Part shown: positions 44,632 to 54,631 of the stretch, in pieces
Position numbering within the stretch: the first letter of the stretch is position 1
Layout of the letters: every line of letters begins with the position of its first letter
Virus record (IMG/VR): IMGVR_UViG_3300013104_000003
Location: 26,956 to 90,955 of that record
Origin: a virus
Taxonomy: Duplodnaviria > Heunggongvirae > Uroviricota > Caudoviricetes
Direction: 5' to 3' (one strand)
DNA: 64,000 bases
Notes under the pieces: model-generated
What the model saw: only the letters and a program-made list of their open reading frames with translations
Database searches by the model: none
Told to the model about the DNA's origin: nothing
Translations under genes and position numbers: made by a program

Positions 44632-44962
44632 CGTTACTTCCACTCTCGTCTGTAGACCACAGTTTATGTTGCTTAATAAGCCTGAACAATGCAGCAGACA
44701 CGTTAAGCACAAACATACAGATACCATATGTAGCTACAGACATTGTTGGTTCAAGAAGAGAAAAGAATGGTAGGATAATCTCGACTAAACTAAGCAATGC
44801 AGAGGCAACTGTTGTCCAAAAAGAGTAAGTTTTAAGAACCTTTCTCCAATTTGGGACGATTGTTAGTTTAGTTGGAGTGGATGACAGAGTGGAAGTAATA
44901 GTTGCTTCAACAGCTGTATCTTTTGTGATGGGTGTTGCAGGCTTTACTTCTTCATCTGCCAT
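44615..44962 (-). CDS. Holin (two TM helices)
   Basis: 115 aa, immediately downstream of the endolysin. Confidence 0.55.
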   Translation of the reverse strand: MADEEVKPATPITKDTAVEATITSTLSSTPTKLTIVPNWRKVLKTYSFWTTVASALLSLVEIILPFFSLLEPTMSVATYGICMFVLNVSAALFRLIKQHKLWSTDESGSNDEVPK

Positions 44963-44967
44963 ATTGT

Positions 44968-45537
44968 TTACCTAAATTTTTCGTATGCTTCTTTCATCTT
45001 TTTATCATAAGAATTTTGAGCATAGTTAGGCCCATTAAATACACGGGCAAAGGTAGCCCAATCTTTTTCTTTCAAAGCTTTTACCAGACGATTATCTGCT
45101 TGGATGAACTTAATGAAAGCGTTCAATTGACCTTGCTCAGTGTACATATCGTTTACAAATGCTTGAACCGATACATAACCCAGCGCCTTCCAATGATAAG
45201 CCATAATTTGAAATTGACCCCACGAAGCACTTTCAAGGGCTGTATTCCTATCAATCTTCACAGCTCTATCAAGACGCTCATGTTCAGCCAATCCACCTTT
45301 GTAGCCACCAGCAACTGGATTAACAATGTCAGGATATTTGGCAGCCATGTTGGCAGATTTGATTGGAGTAAAGTCCCTGAGACGCTCGAACATGATATGA
45401 CGCTCAAATAGAATTTTAGGGATTTTATCCCCTTGAGAGTTCTTAATGAAGCCATTTCCAGAGCTTTCAACCGAGGAAATGGCTTTCACAGCGGCTACTT
45501 CGACACCTAAGAGTTGTGCTGCTTTAGAGTAATCCAT
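44968..45537 (-). CDS. Endolysin, N-acetylmuramidase family (DUF3380/Muramidase-like)
   Basis: 189 aa. Sequence resembles the phage muramidase family (SVESSGNGF, FERHIMFERL, WGQFQIMAYHW). Confidence 0.6.
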   Translation of the reverse strand: MDYSKAAQLLGVEVAAVKAISSVESSGNGFIKNSQGDKIPKILFERHIMFERLRDFTPIKSANMAAKYPDIVNPVAGGYKGGLAEHERLDRAVKIDRNTALESASWGQFQIMAYHWKALGYVSVQAFVNDMYTEQGQLNAFIKFIQADNRLVKALKEKDWATFARVFNGPNYAQNSYDKKMKEAYEKFR

Positions 45538-45575
45538 AATTATAATACTCGGTTGAAAGTGGAGGTAAGTATTAA

Positions 45576-46064
45576 TTAAACATTTGATGGTGCTGTTGCT
45601 GAAACGCTCAGATCCATACCCTCACTAGGCTGGACAGGCCATTCTACATCAGGAGGCCACCCAGCTTGAGAAGTGACACGGCCCAGAAGCACCGCATAAG
45701 TTTTCCAAGCTTTAAGTTGTAGAACTCTTTTAGGCAGTTCAATTTCTTCTTCAGGTGTGGCCATCTCTAACTCAATAGCATCATTGAGTGTACTAATTCT
45801 ATTAGTTAAGGCTACCTTCTGAGAGTTAGCCAGTTGGGTTAGACTTTGTAGTTTAAAGCTTTGACTAATCAGAATTTCTTCTGGCGTTGGCGCTGCAACT
45901 GGAGGTGGGTGAAATTCTCCGTCAATGTAGCTCCAACCTTTACCTGCCACAGAAGATTCTACAGCTATACAGCCATCAGGAGGCGTCCAGTCTGAGATAC
46001 CATCCCAAGCAATTGTATTGATTACCAAGTTTGTTTGTAAATCAATAACACAATAAGTGCTCAT
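45576..46064 (-). CDS. Tail fiber-associated protein (assembly or distal fiber)
   Basis: 162 aa, directly downstream of the fiber gene. Confidence 0.4.
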   Translation of the reverse strand: MSTYCVIDLQTNLVINTIAWDGISDWTPPDGCIAVESSVAGKGWSYIDGEFHPPPVAAPTPEEILISQSFKLQSLTQLANSQKVALTNRISTLNDAIELEMATPEEEIELPKRVLQLKAWKTYAVLLGRVTSQAGWPPDVEWPVQPSEGMDLSVSATAPSNV

Positions 46065-47050
46065 TATACGTATTCCTCCACAATCCAGCCACCTTTAGTC
46101 CCGTTACCGCCCTGCTGAGAAGCCGCGGTGTTGGATGGTGAATTAGACCCAGATCCTGCACCACCCATACCCGTTCCGTCCCTACCCCCCGTAGCTACTG
46201 GTGCATTACCTCCTGTTCCTAGTGGGTTACTGCCACCTGCACCAGCTTGAGAACTGTTCAAGACTATCCCATTATCCCCTGCTTGGCCGGGAACTGAAGC
46301 AATGTTAGTGCCAGTTGGAGCATTACCAGTACCACTGTTAGCAGCAGAAATACGTGCTGCAATCGCGGCTTGAGCAGATCCAACTCCACCAAAACCACCG
46401 GGGCATGTCATAATAACTCCAAAAACAGAGTCACCACCATTAGTGCCCGATAGTGTACCAACTCCTCCTGTGCCCGCTGAACCAACAGTTACGGCAACAC
46501 TCACCGGGGGACTAGTATAAATACCTTCACCATAGCTTCCTGCTGTCCCTCCGCTTCCTGCTGCTGCGTTACCAACAGAGGTCGCAGCAGATCCACCACC
46601 ACCACCACCTCCACCAACGCCTCTTAAGCGGTATTTAGTGGTGCGGGTATCGAATGTGAATGTTCCAGAAGTATTGATAACTGTAGTTTTTATAAGTGTA
46701 CCACCAGCAGGTACGAAGGGTTTCCAGTATGTAAATGTAACATCGGTAACTGGGTTCTGATTTATACTATTTTGGACTCCAACATAGATAACTCCATTAC
46801 TTCCTTGTACATAACTTTTTGTACCATTTGTTGTTGAGTAGTAATTCTCAGTTGCTGACCAAACACTGACGCCTTTCTGGAACAAGTGGAGAATTGCATT
46901 ATCTTGACGGTTCTGTAGGAAGTTTTCCCACTGAAAAGGAGGAACTTCAGCAGTCCACCCAGTTTGAATCTTAACATTACTAGGAGCTACAATTGCTCCG
47001 CCAGATGCCCATTGAAAAGAGAAATCCGGTTTGTTTACCTCAGTAGCCAT
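46064..47050 (-). CDS. Tail fiber protein with a Gly-rich collagen-like segment
   Basis: 328 aa containing a G10 run and GTGG/SGG repeats. Confidence 0.55.
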   Translation of the reverse strand: MATEVNKPDFSFQWASGGAIVAPSNVKIQTGWTAEVPPFQWENFLQNRQDNAILHLFQKGVSVWSATENYYSTTNGTKSYVQGSNGVIYVGVQNSINQNPVTDVTFTYWKPFVPAGGTLIKTTVINTSGTFTFDTRTTKYRLRGVGGGGGGGGSAATSVGNAAAGSGGTAGSYGEGIYTSPPVSVAVTVGSAGTGGVGTLSGTNGGDSVFGVIMTCPGGFGGVGSAQAAIAARISAANSGTGNAPTGTNIASVPGQAGDNGIVLNSSQAGAGGSNPLGTGGNAPVATGGRDGTGMGGAGSGSNSPSNTAASQQGGNGTKGGWIVEEYV

Positions 47051-47066
47051 TTAGTTTGTTTCCTTA

Positions 47067-47831
47067 TTAAAGTAGCTCGCCATACTGACCACCTACTGAT
47101 AAATCACTCAAATCTCCATAACCCTTAGCGTTAGGAGCGCCTTGAAATCCAAAATAATCTTCAGCAATAAACTGACCAAAATTAACTTTTACACCAATTG
47201 GCTTGGGAATAAACCTTGATGGATATCCTGCTGAATAAGACGTATACGTCAAAAGAACTTTCTCAAAGGAAGTAAGCTCTCTTCCCATCATCACAGTAAA
47301 TTCAGCATTACCCTCTGCCACTACCAAGTTAAGATCAATACCAAACACGAACTGCATGAAATGGATAAATTGATCTGGTGTAGCATTTGTACTATTCTTA
47401 AGAATCTTAGCTTTAATGAATAATCGATATTGTTCGTCTGTAAGAAGAGTATTGCCGGCTAAAGGATTATTAATATTCCAGTAAGGACCACCAAGAGATG
47501 AATTATTCAAGTCACCATAGGACTGAGCATCTGGATAACCTTGAAATGCAAAGAACACGAGAAGTGCTGAATCAATGATTTCTCTTGGTTGGCCAACAAT
47601 CTCGCCAATGATATCTAACTGAGCACCAGTAGCAGTGTCAATTGAGCGTTCTTGCATGAGCTGACGGAATATTTCTTGGAGTTCAATCTTTCCACCAAGA
47701 AGGAGTTGGAGATACTTGTCAAATATGAGCGCTCCAGACTGATCTTCGGTGTTGAACTTGAATTGTTCTGTCACTCTAGAGCGAGCAACTTCTAAATACT
47801 GTTCAATAAAAAAATTATTCACTTCTGACAT
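47067..47831 (-). CDS. Baseplate protein (P2 gpI / Mu gp48-like position)
   Basis: 254 aa. Assigned by position after the J-like gene. Confidence 0.45.
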   Translation of the reverse strand: MSEVNNFFIEQYLEVARSRVTEQFKFNTEDQSGALIFDKYLQLLLGGKIELQEIFRQLMQERSIDTATGAQLDIIGEIVGQPREIIDSALLVFFAFQGYPDAQSYGDLNNSSLGGPYWNINNPLAGNTLLTDEQYRLFIKAKILKNSTNATPDQFIHFMQFVFGIDLNLVVAEGNAEFTVMMGRELTSFEKVLLTYTSYSAGYPSRFIPKPIGVKVNFGQFIAEDYFGFQGAPNAKGYGDLSDLSVGGQYGELL

Positions 47832-47842
47832 AAATAATTCCT

Positions 47843-49282
47843 TTATGTGATCACTATATTGATAGCACTAATGCTCGCAATTTGGTTGAAAGCTACAGGG
47901 ATATTAATAACTCCAGTAGGACTTGGAGCAGTACCAATTTTCAATGATACAACTTCGTGACCCTGTACGGCGTTGATCGGAGTATACAAACGACTATAGA
48001 TAACATCATCACCTGTACCAAGATTGTCTTCAAAGTATTGGATAATATTAGACTTGATAAGATCATTACCATTCGCGGGGAAGTTTGCATCTGTTGTAAT
48101 GTCCATGCTGATGTAAATAACCAAAGCATTTGGGCGGGAGAAACTTACAACGTGTGTCCCACCCTGAATATCAGAGACGTTTACACTTGTATTTCCATAA
48201 CTTAGAATACCAATTGGTTTATTTTCCCAAATTGCATCACCAATACTTTGAGATAGTCCACCAACTACGATAGGAAGAAAGCTATGTCCGGGAACACCGT
48301 TACCATCTGTAATATTAGTTTCATTCTCGTAAATGGTAACTTCTGTTACGCCATCAAGATTGATCAATGCCGAATAGATAGAGTCATAAGTGTTAGTAGC
48401 TCTTTCAAACTTAGCATTACGAAACCTTAACCGAAGTTCTTCATCAGTTTCTCTATCTTCACCAGAAGATGCTGCAAGAGGATTGATAACACTATCCCAA
48501 CCAAGCATCGGGGTAAGAATTGTATCAATTGTGTTTGCAGGCTGATCAATAGGACCGGCATTAACGGCAACTACTTCACCGATAGTGCGTACTTTGTTAA
48601 TACCAAGATTAACAGAGGTGGTGAATGCTACTGTCTGAAAGATATCTACACGATCAATTACAAGTGTAGTCCCAACTACAGACGATGTAAGACTTGGATG
48701 GCCGCCTGCAATCACCAATTGCAAGCCTGCAAGAATTTCAGGAACTGTTGCAGATGAATCGGAAGTGAAAGTGATTGTATTTGAACCAGTTGTATTGGTG
48801 TATGTGATCGTGTAGGCTGTGCTATTCTGCAATGTAACAACAGAAACAGTGATTCCACTGGCATTACTAGCTGCAAGGGAGATTGCACCAGCAGTTGTGA
48901 ATTGCTCGCCAGTAGTAGAGCTAGATACAGTTTGACCAACAGGGATCAAAGTGTTAGTATCACCAGCAATAAGAATAGAAGCTGTGGTGAAAGTTTGTTC
49001 TTTACGGGTAAGACCACCAAGAGCTACAAGGTTATCGAGAGCAATACCTGTAGCGGAGTTTGGGTCAAATGCTGAGTAGACTTCTTGAGCCGCTTCCCAT
49101 AGATCTGCTTCGGATGGAGATTCAAGTGAGATCAATCGACCAAGAGCACTTGAGTCAGAAGTGTCTACAATATCCCCCGGCTGTACAAGATCTTGGAAAA
49201 GTTGTACAGCCAGTGCTCGATTATCGGCAAGGATGTCAGCTAACCTTTTGATGACGAACCCTTGATCAGTAACGCCTGCCAT
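47843..49282 (-). CDS. Baseplate J-like protein (P2 gpJ / Mu gp47 / T4 gp6-like)
   Basis: 479 aa. Assigned by size and position. Confidence 0.5.
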   Translation of the reverse strand: MAGVTDQGFVIKRLADILADNRALAVQLFQDLVQPGDIVDTSDSSALGRLISLESPSEADLWEAAQEVYSAFDPNSATGIALDNLVALGGLTRKEQTFTTASILIAGDTNTLIPVGQTVSSSTTGEQFTTAGAISLAASNASGITVSVVTLQNSTAYTITYTNTTGSNTITFTSDSSATVPEILAGLQLVIAGGHPSLTSSVVGTTLVIDRVDIFQTVAFTTSVNLGINKVRTIGEVVAVNAGPIDQPANTIDTILTPMLGWDSVINPLAASSGEDRETDEELRLRFRNAKFERATNTYDSIYSALINLDGVTEVTIYENETNITDGNGVPGHSFLPIVVGGLSQSIGDAIWENKPIGILSYGNTSVNVSDIQGGTHVVSFSRPNALVIYISMDITTDANFPANGNDLIKSNIIQYFEDNLGTGDDVIYSRLYTPINAVQGHEVVSLKIGTAPSPTGVINIPVAFNQIASISAINIVIT

Positions 49283-49306
49283 ATATGTTCCTTCTAAATA
49301 GTGTTA

Positions 49307-49678
49307 TCAGTTCAAGGGTTGAACTACAATAGGTGCTGTAACCTCTCCTGTAACAACTCTTACGGAGAAAACAAGAGAGTATTTACGATTTACAAAAGTG
49401 GAGTTAAAAGTTACAATCTCTTTAACGCCTTCTTCTGCAAGAATCTGTTGTTGGAATATAAGATCAGCGGCGGCTTTAGAGGTTTGCTTGATCGCAAGGA
49501 TACGTTGCCAGTAGGGTACGCCGTAGACTGTATTGAATGCCCATTCACCGAGGAAAGTCTGAAGTCTGATCTTAAGTCTTTGCCCAACAGTTTCTGTAAG
49601 TGGTTGTGTAGTCTCTTCTTTACGTAGAGGACCATTCCGCCAAATTATGTCCCAGTCTGGACCGAGTTTAAAATCCAA
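49307..49678 (-). CDS. Baseplate wedge protein (gpW/gp25-like)
   Basis: A TTG start at 49676-49678 sits 7 nt after AAGGAG and right after the spike stop. The track ORF 49307-49762 would overlap the spike gene by 74 nt. Confidence 0.45.
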   Translation of the reverse strand: MDFKLGPDWDIIWRNGPLRKEETTQPLTETVGQRLKIRLQTFLGEWAFNTVYGVPYWQRILAIKQTSKAAADLIFQQQILAEEGVKEIVTFNSTFVNRKYSLVFSVRVVTGEVTAPIVVQPLN

Positions 49679-49688
49679 AACAATCTCC

Positions 49689-50456
49689 TTAGTTACTTGG
49701 CGGGGATGTAGACGGTGGGTGTTTATGTGTGCTGAACACAACACCATTAAATGTTTGTACACCAGTAGCTGTGTAATTACCTGTCTGAATAATATTTCCT
49801 TGATAAGTCATATTACCAATCCATGTAGTGTTATCAGCATCAACTACCAAACTTGGTGTGTTGAAATTCAAACTAGTAGCAGCATTAACCGTTACATCAG
49901 AGCCTTCAATAATGATTGGCATATTACTAGTTGTAATCCCAATACTTCCATCTGCCTTAATCCTAATCTCTGCCTCAGCACCACCCAAGTTGCCAAAAAG
50001 AACGGTGTCTTTAGTATTGTGAGGAAGGACATGTTTTGCCGGATTGTTTACTGCAACTCCCGGAGGTTGAATTCCGGGAAGAAAGATTGCATCAGATTTA
50101 TCCATCTTTGCAAAATTTCTAGGGGTTGATGGTCTACCATTTCCACCCTTCCATGCATCCATATTTCTCATGGAAAACATGGCTGTTCCAGTATCACCAA
50201 CTTCTACAGGAAATGTGAACCCTGCCTTATTTGATACTTGAAAAGATACAGGAACACCACCAATGGTAGGACGTTCTTTAACTGTTCCGTCTTGCTGAAG
50301 ATCATTAATAGCAGGCTGTATGTCCACCATTTGACCATTCAACCCATCCCTTACTGCCACAACAATACAAGGCATAATGGTGTATTTGTTGTTCATTAAA
50401 CTATCAAAGGAGCTAGTGAGCGTACTTTGAATAGCTGCTACAGCTTCTGCACTCAT
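49689..50456 (-). CDS. Baseplate central spike (gpV/gp45-like)
   Basis: 255 aa. OB-like N-terminus, beta-helix-like repeats and a C-terminal HKH apex motif (FSTHKHPP). Confidence 0.5.
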   Translation of the reverse strand: MSAEAVAAIQSTLTSSFDSLMNNKYTIMPCIVVAVRDGLNGQMVDIQPAINDLQQDGTVKERPTIGGVPVSFQVSNKAGFTFPVEVGDTGTAMFSMRNMDAWKGGNGRPSTPRNFAKMDKSDAIFLPGIQPPGVAVNNPAKHVLPHNTKDTVLFGNLGGAEAEIRIKADGSIGITTSNMPIIIEGSDVTVNAATSLNFNTPSLVVDADNTTWIGNMTYQGNIIQTGNYTATGVQTFNGVVFSTHKHPPSTSPPSN

Positions 50457-51355
50457 TTAGTCTTAGCTCCTTGTTGAACAACTTTCTCAAGACTTGTTGC
50501 CTTGATTTCTGTGTACCATCCTGAACTTCTCCAACCACCAGAATGACGAAGTGATTCCACTTTAAACCATCCGGTAATTAGTGTGTCTTCAAGACGGATA
50601 ATATCTCCGGCTCGAATATCTGGATTCAACAGAATCTTCATCTGAATGCCGGGCTTTTTAACTTTATCCTTTTTGGATCGTTGTCTGTCGCCGGATACTC
50701 TATAGGCTGTATCAATCAAACCTGTGTACTTTGAAATCACATAGGCTTGTTGAAAGTTTTCCGTATTACCCCGATCATTGTCATGGATGTACACAACGCC
50801 GTCGTCAAGTTGCCAATTACAGGCATATTTCTCACACAATTCATCCAACATCTCTTTAGGAGTACCACTGAGAGGGTATCCATAGATTAGAGGATTATTG
50901 AGGTTTGTTCCGTTGAAAACACCCCTATCAGCACCAATGGCTTTAATGAGGCGGTTAGCTGCATCTTTAGGGGTCAGACCCTCTGGAACAAATTCAGACA
51001 ACACTTGATGGTTTAACTCAGTGTAACCTGTACCCATCTGAATCTGTGTAACTCTATCAGTTCCAGATTTTCTAGTTGACACATGTGTAACCTGTCCTGA
51101 GAAAAGACGTTTAGGGCCACCAGTATCCAGATAACCAGCAGAAAACACAGCAGCAGGATAGTCGGTGTCAAGAAGTTTTATATGATCTTCAGAAAGATTA
51201 TAAATCTCAATTGATGCGCTATTTGTTCTTTTCTTATTATCAGAACTTTTACTAATGTCAAAAGTTACTTGGAGTTCTGTGATTTGTAAACCTTGTCCAG
51301 TCTGATAATCCCCAATGATTAATTCGTACTGGCGATTTTTCTGGATTAAGTCCAT
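50453..51355 (-). CDS. Baseplate hub protein (P2 gpD / Mu gpP-like)
   Basis: 300 aa. Assigned by position and size. Confidence 0.45.
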   Translation of the reverse strand: MDLIQKNRQYELIIGDYQTGQGLQITELQVTFDISKSSDNKKRTNSASIEIYNLSEDHIKLLDTDYPAAVFSAGYLDTGGPKRLFSGQVTHVSTRKSGTDRVTQIQMGTGYTELNHQVLSEFVPEGLTPKDAANRLIKAIGADRGVFNGTNLNNPLIYGYPLSGTPKEMLDELCEKYACNWQLDDGVVYIHDNDRGNTENFQQAYVISKYTGLIDTAYRVSGDRQRSKKDKVKKPGIQMKILLNPDIRAGDIIRLEDTLITGWFKVESLRHSGGWRSSGWYTEIKATSLEKVVQQGAKTK

Positions 51356-51690
51356 TAATCTTCCTCTGTGTAAATAAAGAACATGTTGTAATATTGATCA
51401 ATAGAATCAGGATAAACTTTATAAGGCTCACTAATAATATCTGCTTTCTCTTCCATCCAGATAAAGCCAGTGAGAGGGAAGATTGCATAATCCAAGAACA
51501 AAGGGTAGTTAGGAACCAGAGCTTCACCTAAGACAATAGGATTATTGTCAGCATCATACAAATTAATGAAATACAACTGTGCCCTTTCGTTGTAGATAAA
51601 CTCAAAAATATAGGAGTCACCTTGAAGAGCAATTGTATAAGTGTAATAAGGATCACTAAACAAGGGCATTGCTATGTATTTATCAGCCAT
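51355..51690 (-). CDS. Small tail/baseplate protein
   Basis: 111 aa. Confidence 0.45.
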   Translation of the reverse strand: MADKYIAMPLFSDPYYTYTIALQGDSYIFEFIYNERAQLYFINLYDADNNPIVLGEALVPNYPLFLDYAIFPLTGFIWMEEKADIISEPYKVYPDSIDQYYNMFFIYTEED

Positions 51691-52468
51691 TTGCTCTCGC
51701 CTGTCTTAGTGGATCAGTATCTTTAGGGGAATCACCTGATCCAATATCCTGTGGTGTACTGTCTTGCTTACCCTTAGAATTCTTACTAGAAGCCTTCTTT
51801 TTAAGAGAATCCTGAACATCCTTTGGAATGGCGGTTTTCTTCAAGAAAGCAAAAGTAACTTGTTCAAAAGTGATATCACAGTACAACCCATAGCCCGTAT
51901 TAGCATCTTCTTTAAAAGTAATCTTAGTCATAACAAGATTATTGATTACCTTACGAAGTTTTGTGTCATCATATTCAAACAAACGGACCAACTGAATACT
52001 TGGGTCAAATTGGCCAGTCTTCTCATTGAAGACAACACCAGAAGTTAAATCAATCAGTGCCTGCCTAATCTGTTCAATCAAATCAACACGTCTTGAATCT
52101 ACAACCACTTCTGGTGTACTGTCTGAAAGAAATTGTCCAATACTATCGGGAATAAACTTTTTAAGGACACTTTGATCTGTAGAATTTACACTAACAGCAT
52201 TGGGGGCTTCATTGCTATTGTAGGGAGAATTACCATCCAAGTCTTGAATCAGGTAAGTTCCAGTGGAAATGTCCACCCCGGTAATTACAGCACCAACTGT
52301 GAATGTTGGATTATTTTTAATGAAATGGTCTGTGATATTGCCTCCCGTGTCTACGGGATGTTTTGTCACTTGTCCGCTGTAGTTTTGTGTATATGCTTGT
52401 ACGGCATCACAGTAGATGAAGCCCCCATCCTGTACGGAAGAGTCTCCCCATTCGATGGCTAAGCTCAT
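51683..52468 (-). CDS. Tail protein (Mu gp43 DNA-circulation-like position)
   Basis: 261 aa, immediately after the tape measure. Confidence 0.4.
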   Translation of the reverse strand: MSLAIEWGDSSVQDGGFIYCDAVQAYTQNYSGQVTKHPVDTGGNITDHFIKNNPTFTVGAVITGVDISTGTYLIQDLDGNSPYNSNEAPNAVSVNSTDQSVLKKFIPDSIGQFLSDSTPEVVVDSRRVDLIEQIRQALIDLTSGVVFNEKTGQFDPSIQLVRLFEYDDTKLRKVINNLVMTKITFKEDANTGYGLYCDITFEQVTFAFLKKTAIPKDVQDSLKKKASSKNSKGKQDSTPQDIGSGDSPKDTDPLRQARANG

Positions 52469-52477
52469 AGAGGCTCC

Positions 52478-53554
52478 TTATTGTTTTACTGGGAATTGAA
52501 CATTCACCTGATCAAAAGATTGTACAAACATATTTGCAACAGCTTCGCCAATTGCTTGAGCTTGTGCATTAGCATCCATACCTTGTAGAGTTGAACCGTC
52601 AACGTTTACAGTAATGTCAATCTGGTTACTGTTGTTGGTCACAATACCCATCGCTTTATCTTCAGCAGCAGCCTTGGCCATTTCAGCTTGTTGATCATCA
52701 TAACCAGCAGCATCGTGGTAATACATTGATGTGGGATCGTCGTATACAGCTCTTCCACGCTCACGAGCTTTAGCTAAGTTAAAGCCAGTGTTGTTAATAA
52801 TATCGCCAACAATCGCCGCAGGGGAGGCATATTCAAGACCAAACAGATTTGCTTTTTCAGTAGAGCTATTATTTGTAGCTTCTGTAGGCAGAGAACCACT
52901 TTTCCACCTTTGGAACTCACCGATAGCATTAAGTATTGCAGCAAGTTCTTTAGTCGTGGCCTGAAGAGTTGGTAGAAATTCACTGAATAGATTAGTAGGA
53001 TTCAGTGCAGACATTTGCTCCCAGAGAGTCTTAATGTCTTGCCAATCTTTTACCAACTGAGATGTTTTACCTATGCCCAACCAATCAGCTACAAGACTAT
53101 CCTTTCCCTCAAGTGCTCTGATAAAAGACTGAGGAAACAGAAGAAGATCATCTGCCCACTTAGTGGCATCATTGAACCCTTCAGCCAGCGTACGGATAAG
53201 GCTACCACTCTCACTCAAGCCAGCATTCAAAGTTCTGAAGATTCTTGCAAAGCCTTCCTCTACGCCGGAATTAGATGCTAGAACAGCCATGTCATTTACA
53301 GAATTCTGATAGCGAGCTTGTTCAGCCTGAGAGGCTTGGCTTGCAGAGGCCAAGGCACCCCCAGCATTAGCTCTTTGAGAAGCAGCAGCACCGGCATAAG
53401 TTAAAATATCACTGGTTACTTTACCTTTCTTCATATCAGCTAAAAGCTGTTGAATAGCATCTGCACCAGTTTTGTTTCCGCCGATTTTAGCTTGATAAGC
53501 CTGCGCAAAGAGTGCTGTGCCGCCCGGCAGCGCCTCTGCGATTTGACCTGTACT
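52478..53554 (-). CDS. Tape measure protein, C-terminal part (exon 2 candidate)
   Basis: The 318-aa ORF runs from the ATG at 53434. The same frame stays open a further 40 codons upstream to a stop at 53555-53557, encoding STGQIAEALPGGTALFAQAYQAKIGGNKTGADAIQQLLAD. The protein is A/Q-rich and TMP-like. Confidence 0.5.
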   Translation of the reverse strand, partial: STGQIAEALPGGTALFAQAYQAKIGGNKTGADAIQQLLADMKKGKVTSDILTYAGAAASQRANAGGALASASQASQAEQARYQNSVNDMAVLASNSGVEEGFARIFRTLNAGLSESGSLIRTLAEGFNDATKWADDLLLFPQSFIRALEGKDSLVADWLGIGKTSQLVKDWQDIKTLWEQMSALNPTNLFSEFLPTLQATTKELAAILNAIGEFQRWKSGSLPTEATNNSSTEKANLFGLEYASPAAIVGDIINNTGFNLAKARERGRAVYDDPTSMYYHDAAGYDDQQAEMAKAAAEDKAMGIVTNNSNQIDITVNVDGSTLQGMDANAQAQAIGEAVANMFVQSFDQVNVQFPVKQ

Positions 53555-54631
53555 TTATATTCAAGCAGAGGCGTTACTCTCTGCTCCGTTCTCTTATGAA
53601 CTGCTATAACTCTCGCTATAGAATAGACCATATCTTACACTTCAACTTTACTTGTTCAGTGTCTTCCCATTTCCACTCACTTGAGTGTACGTCTTTCGAC
53701 TGGCCGTTGAACTTTAAACCTTAGAAGTATTCATCAGATATGTGTACATATCTGATTTTATTGCGTATTCTTTTGATTTCAATTATTACCAAATCTTTGT
53801 TGGTAGACTCTTCTGAAATTGCTTTATCAGAATAACCTTTAATAATTTTATCACAGACCCACCTTACTGTAGATTCAGAGAAGTCTTTTCTGTAGTTATG
53901 ATCCATAGGGTACAAAGACCTAATGTGAAAATAAGTACTTCCATCTTTAATTTTTCTTATAATATCAACAGAGCATTCATACTTATCAGCAAGGTCTTTA
54001 GGTCTTGCACCGTTTTGAAGTTCTTGACAAATAATATGAACTTGAGTATTTGTTAACTGAGAATTGTAAAGATCCTCACCTTTTTGTTTCAGGCCAGTTT
54101 CAACAGCATGAAGTTGATTCTGAGACTTTGTTACCCATTCAAGATTGGAAACTGAGTAGTTAAGCTTATTACCATCAATATGATTAACTTCTATTTTCAA
54201 CTCGGGGTCATCATTAGGAATCCAGCACTCAGCCACCATTACGTGTACATTAGCCCATGAAGCTTTACAATCGTGACTTACTCTCACACAAGGGTAGTTC
54301 TTTACATCTTCACCGCGAAGCATTCCCACTTTCATCTCTTTTTCCCACTCCCAGCGGAAGACCCTTCCTTTAATAGAGCAACCGTAGTTAGGCCAAAGAG
54401 ATGATTTTCTTACCAAAACACCTTGTATATATTTCTCTTGCATTTGTTGCTCCTTACTGATATTCGGGATTTTCTAAGGCTTCTTAGCTGCTGATTGTCC
54501 CTATGGTTGATATTGTCACTATCCCTCATTCCGTTACAAATGAGTTCATCCAATATATCACTATATGGAGAAGTAATCAACCCCTGACGGGAGTTTCCAG
54601 CAATTAGAGAAGTAAATTTTTCTACATATTT
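53555..54631 (-). other. Intervening sequence in the tape measure gene carrying an HNH homing endonuclease. Candidate group I intron.
   Basis: The HEG has its own RBS. Non-coding flanks of about 190 nt and about 165-285 nt separate it from the two TMP halves. Confidence 0.45.
53721..54443 (-). CDS. HNH homing endonuclease (HNH_3 plus C-terminal HTH)
   Basis: 240 aa with NHIDGNKLNYSVSNLEWVTKSQNQLHA. RBS AAGGAG precedes the start. Confidence 0.75.
   Translation of the reverse strand: MQEKYIQGVLVRKSSLWPNYGCSIKGRVFRWEWEKEMKVGMLRGEDVKNYPCVRVSHDCKASWANVHVMVAECWIPNDDPELKIEVNHIDGNKLNYSVSNLEWVTKSQNQLHAVETGLKQKGEDLYNSQLTNTQVHIICQELQNGARPKDLADKYECSVDIIRKIKDGSTYFHIRSLYPMDHNYRKDFSESTVRWVCDKIIKGYSDKAISEESTNKDLVIIEIKRIRNKIRYVHISDEYF

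Noticed and set aside
49679-49762. Upstream ATG start (49760-49762) for the gpW-like gene
   Set aside because: It would overlap the spike gene by 74 nt with no RBS. The TTG at 49676-49678 has AAGGAG at ideal spacing right after the spike stop.
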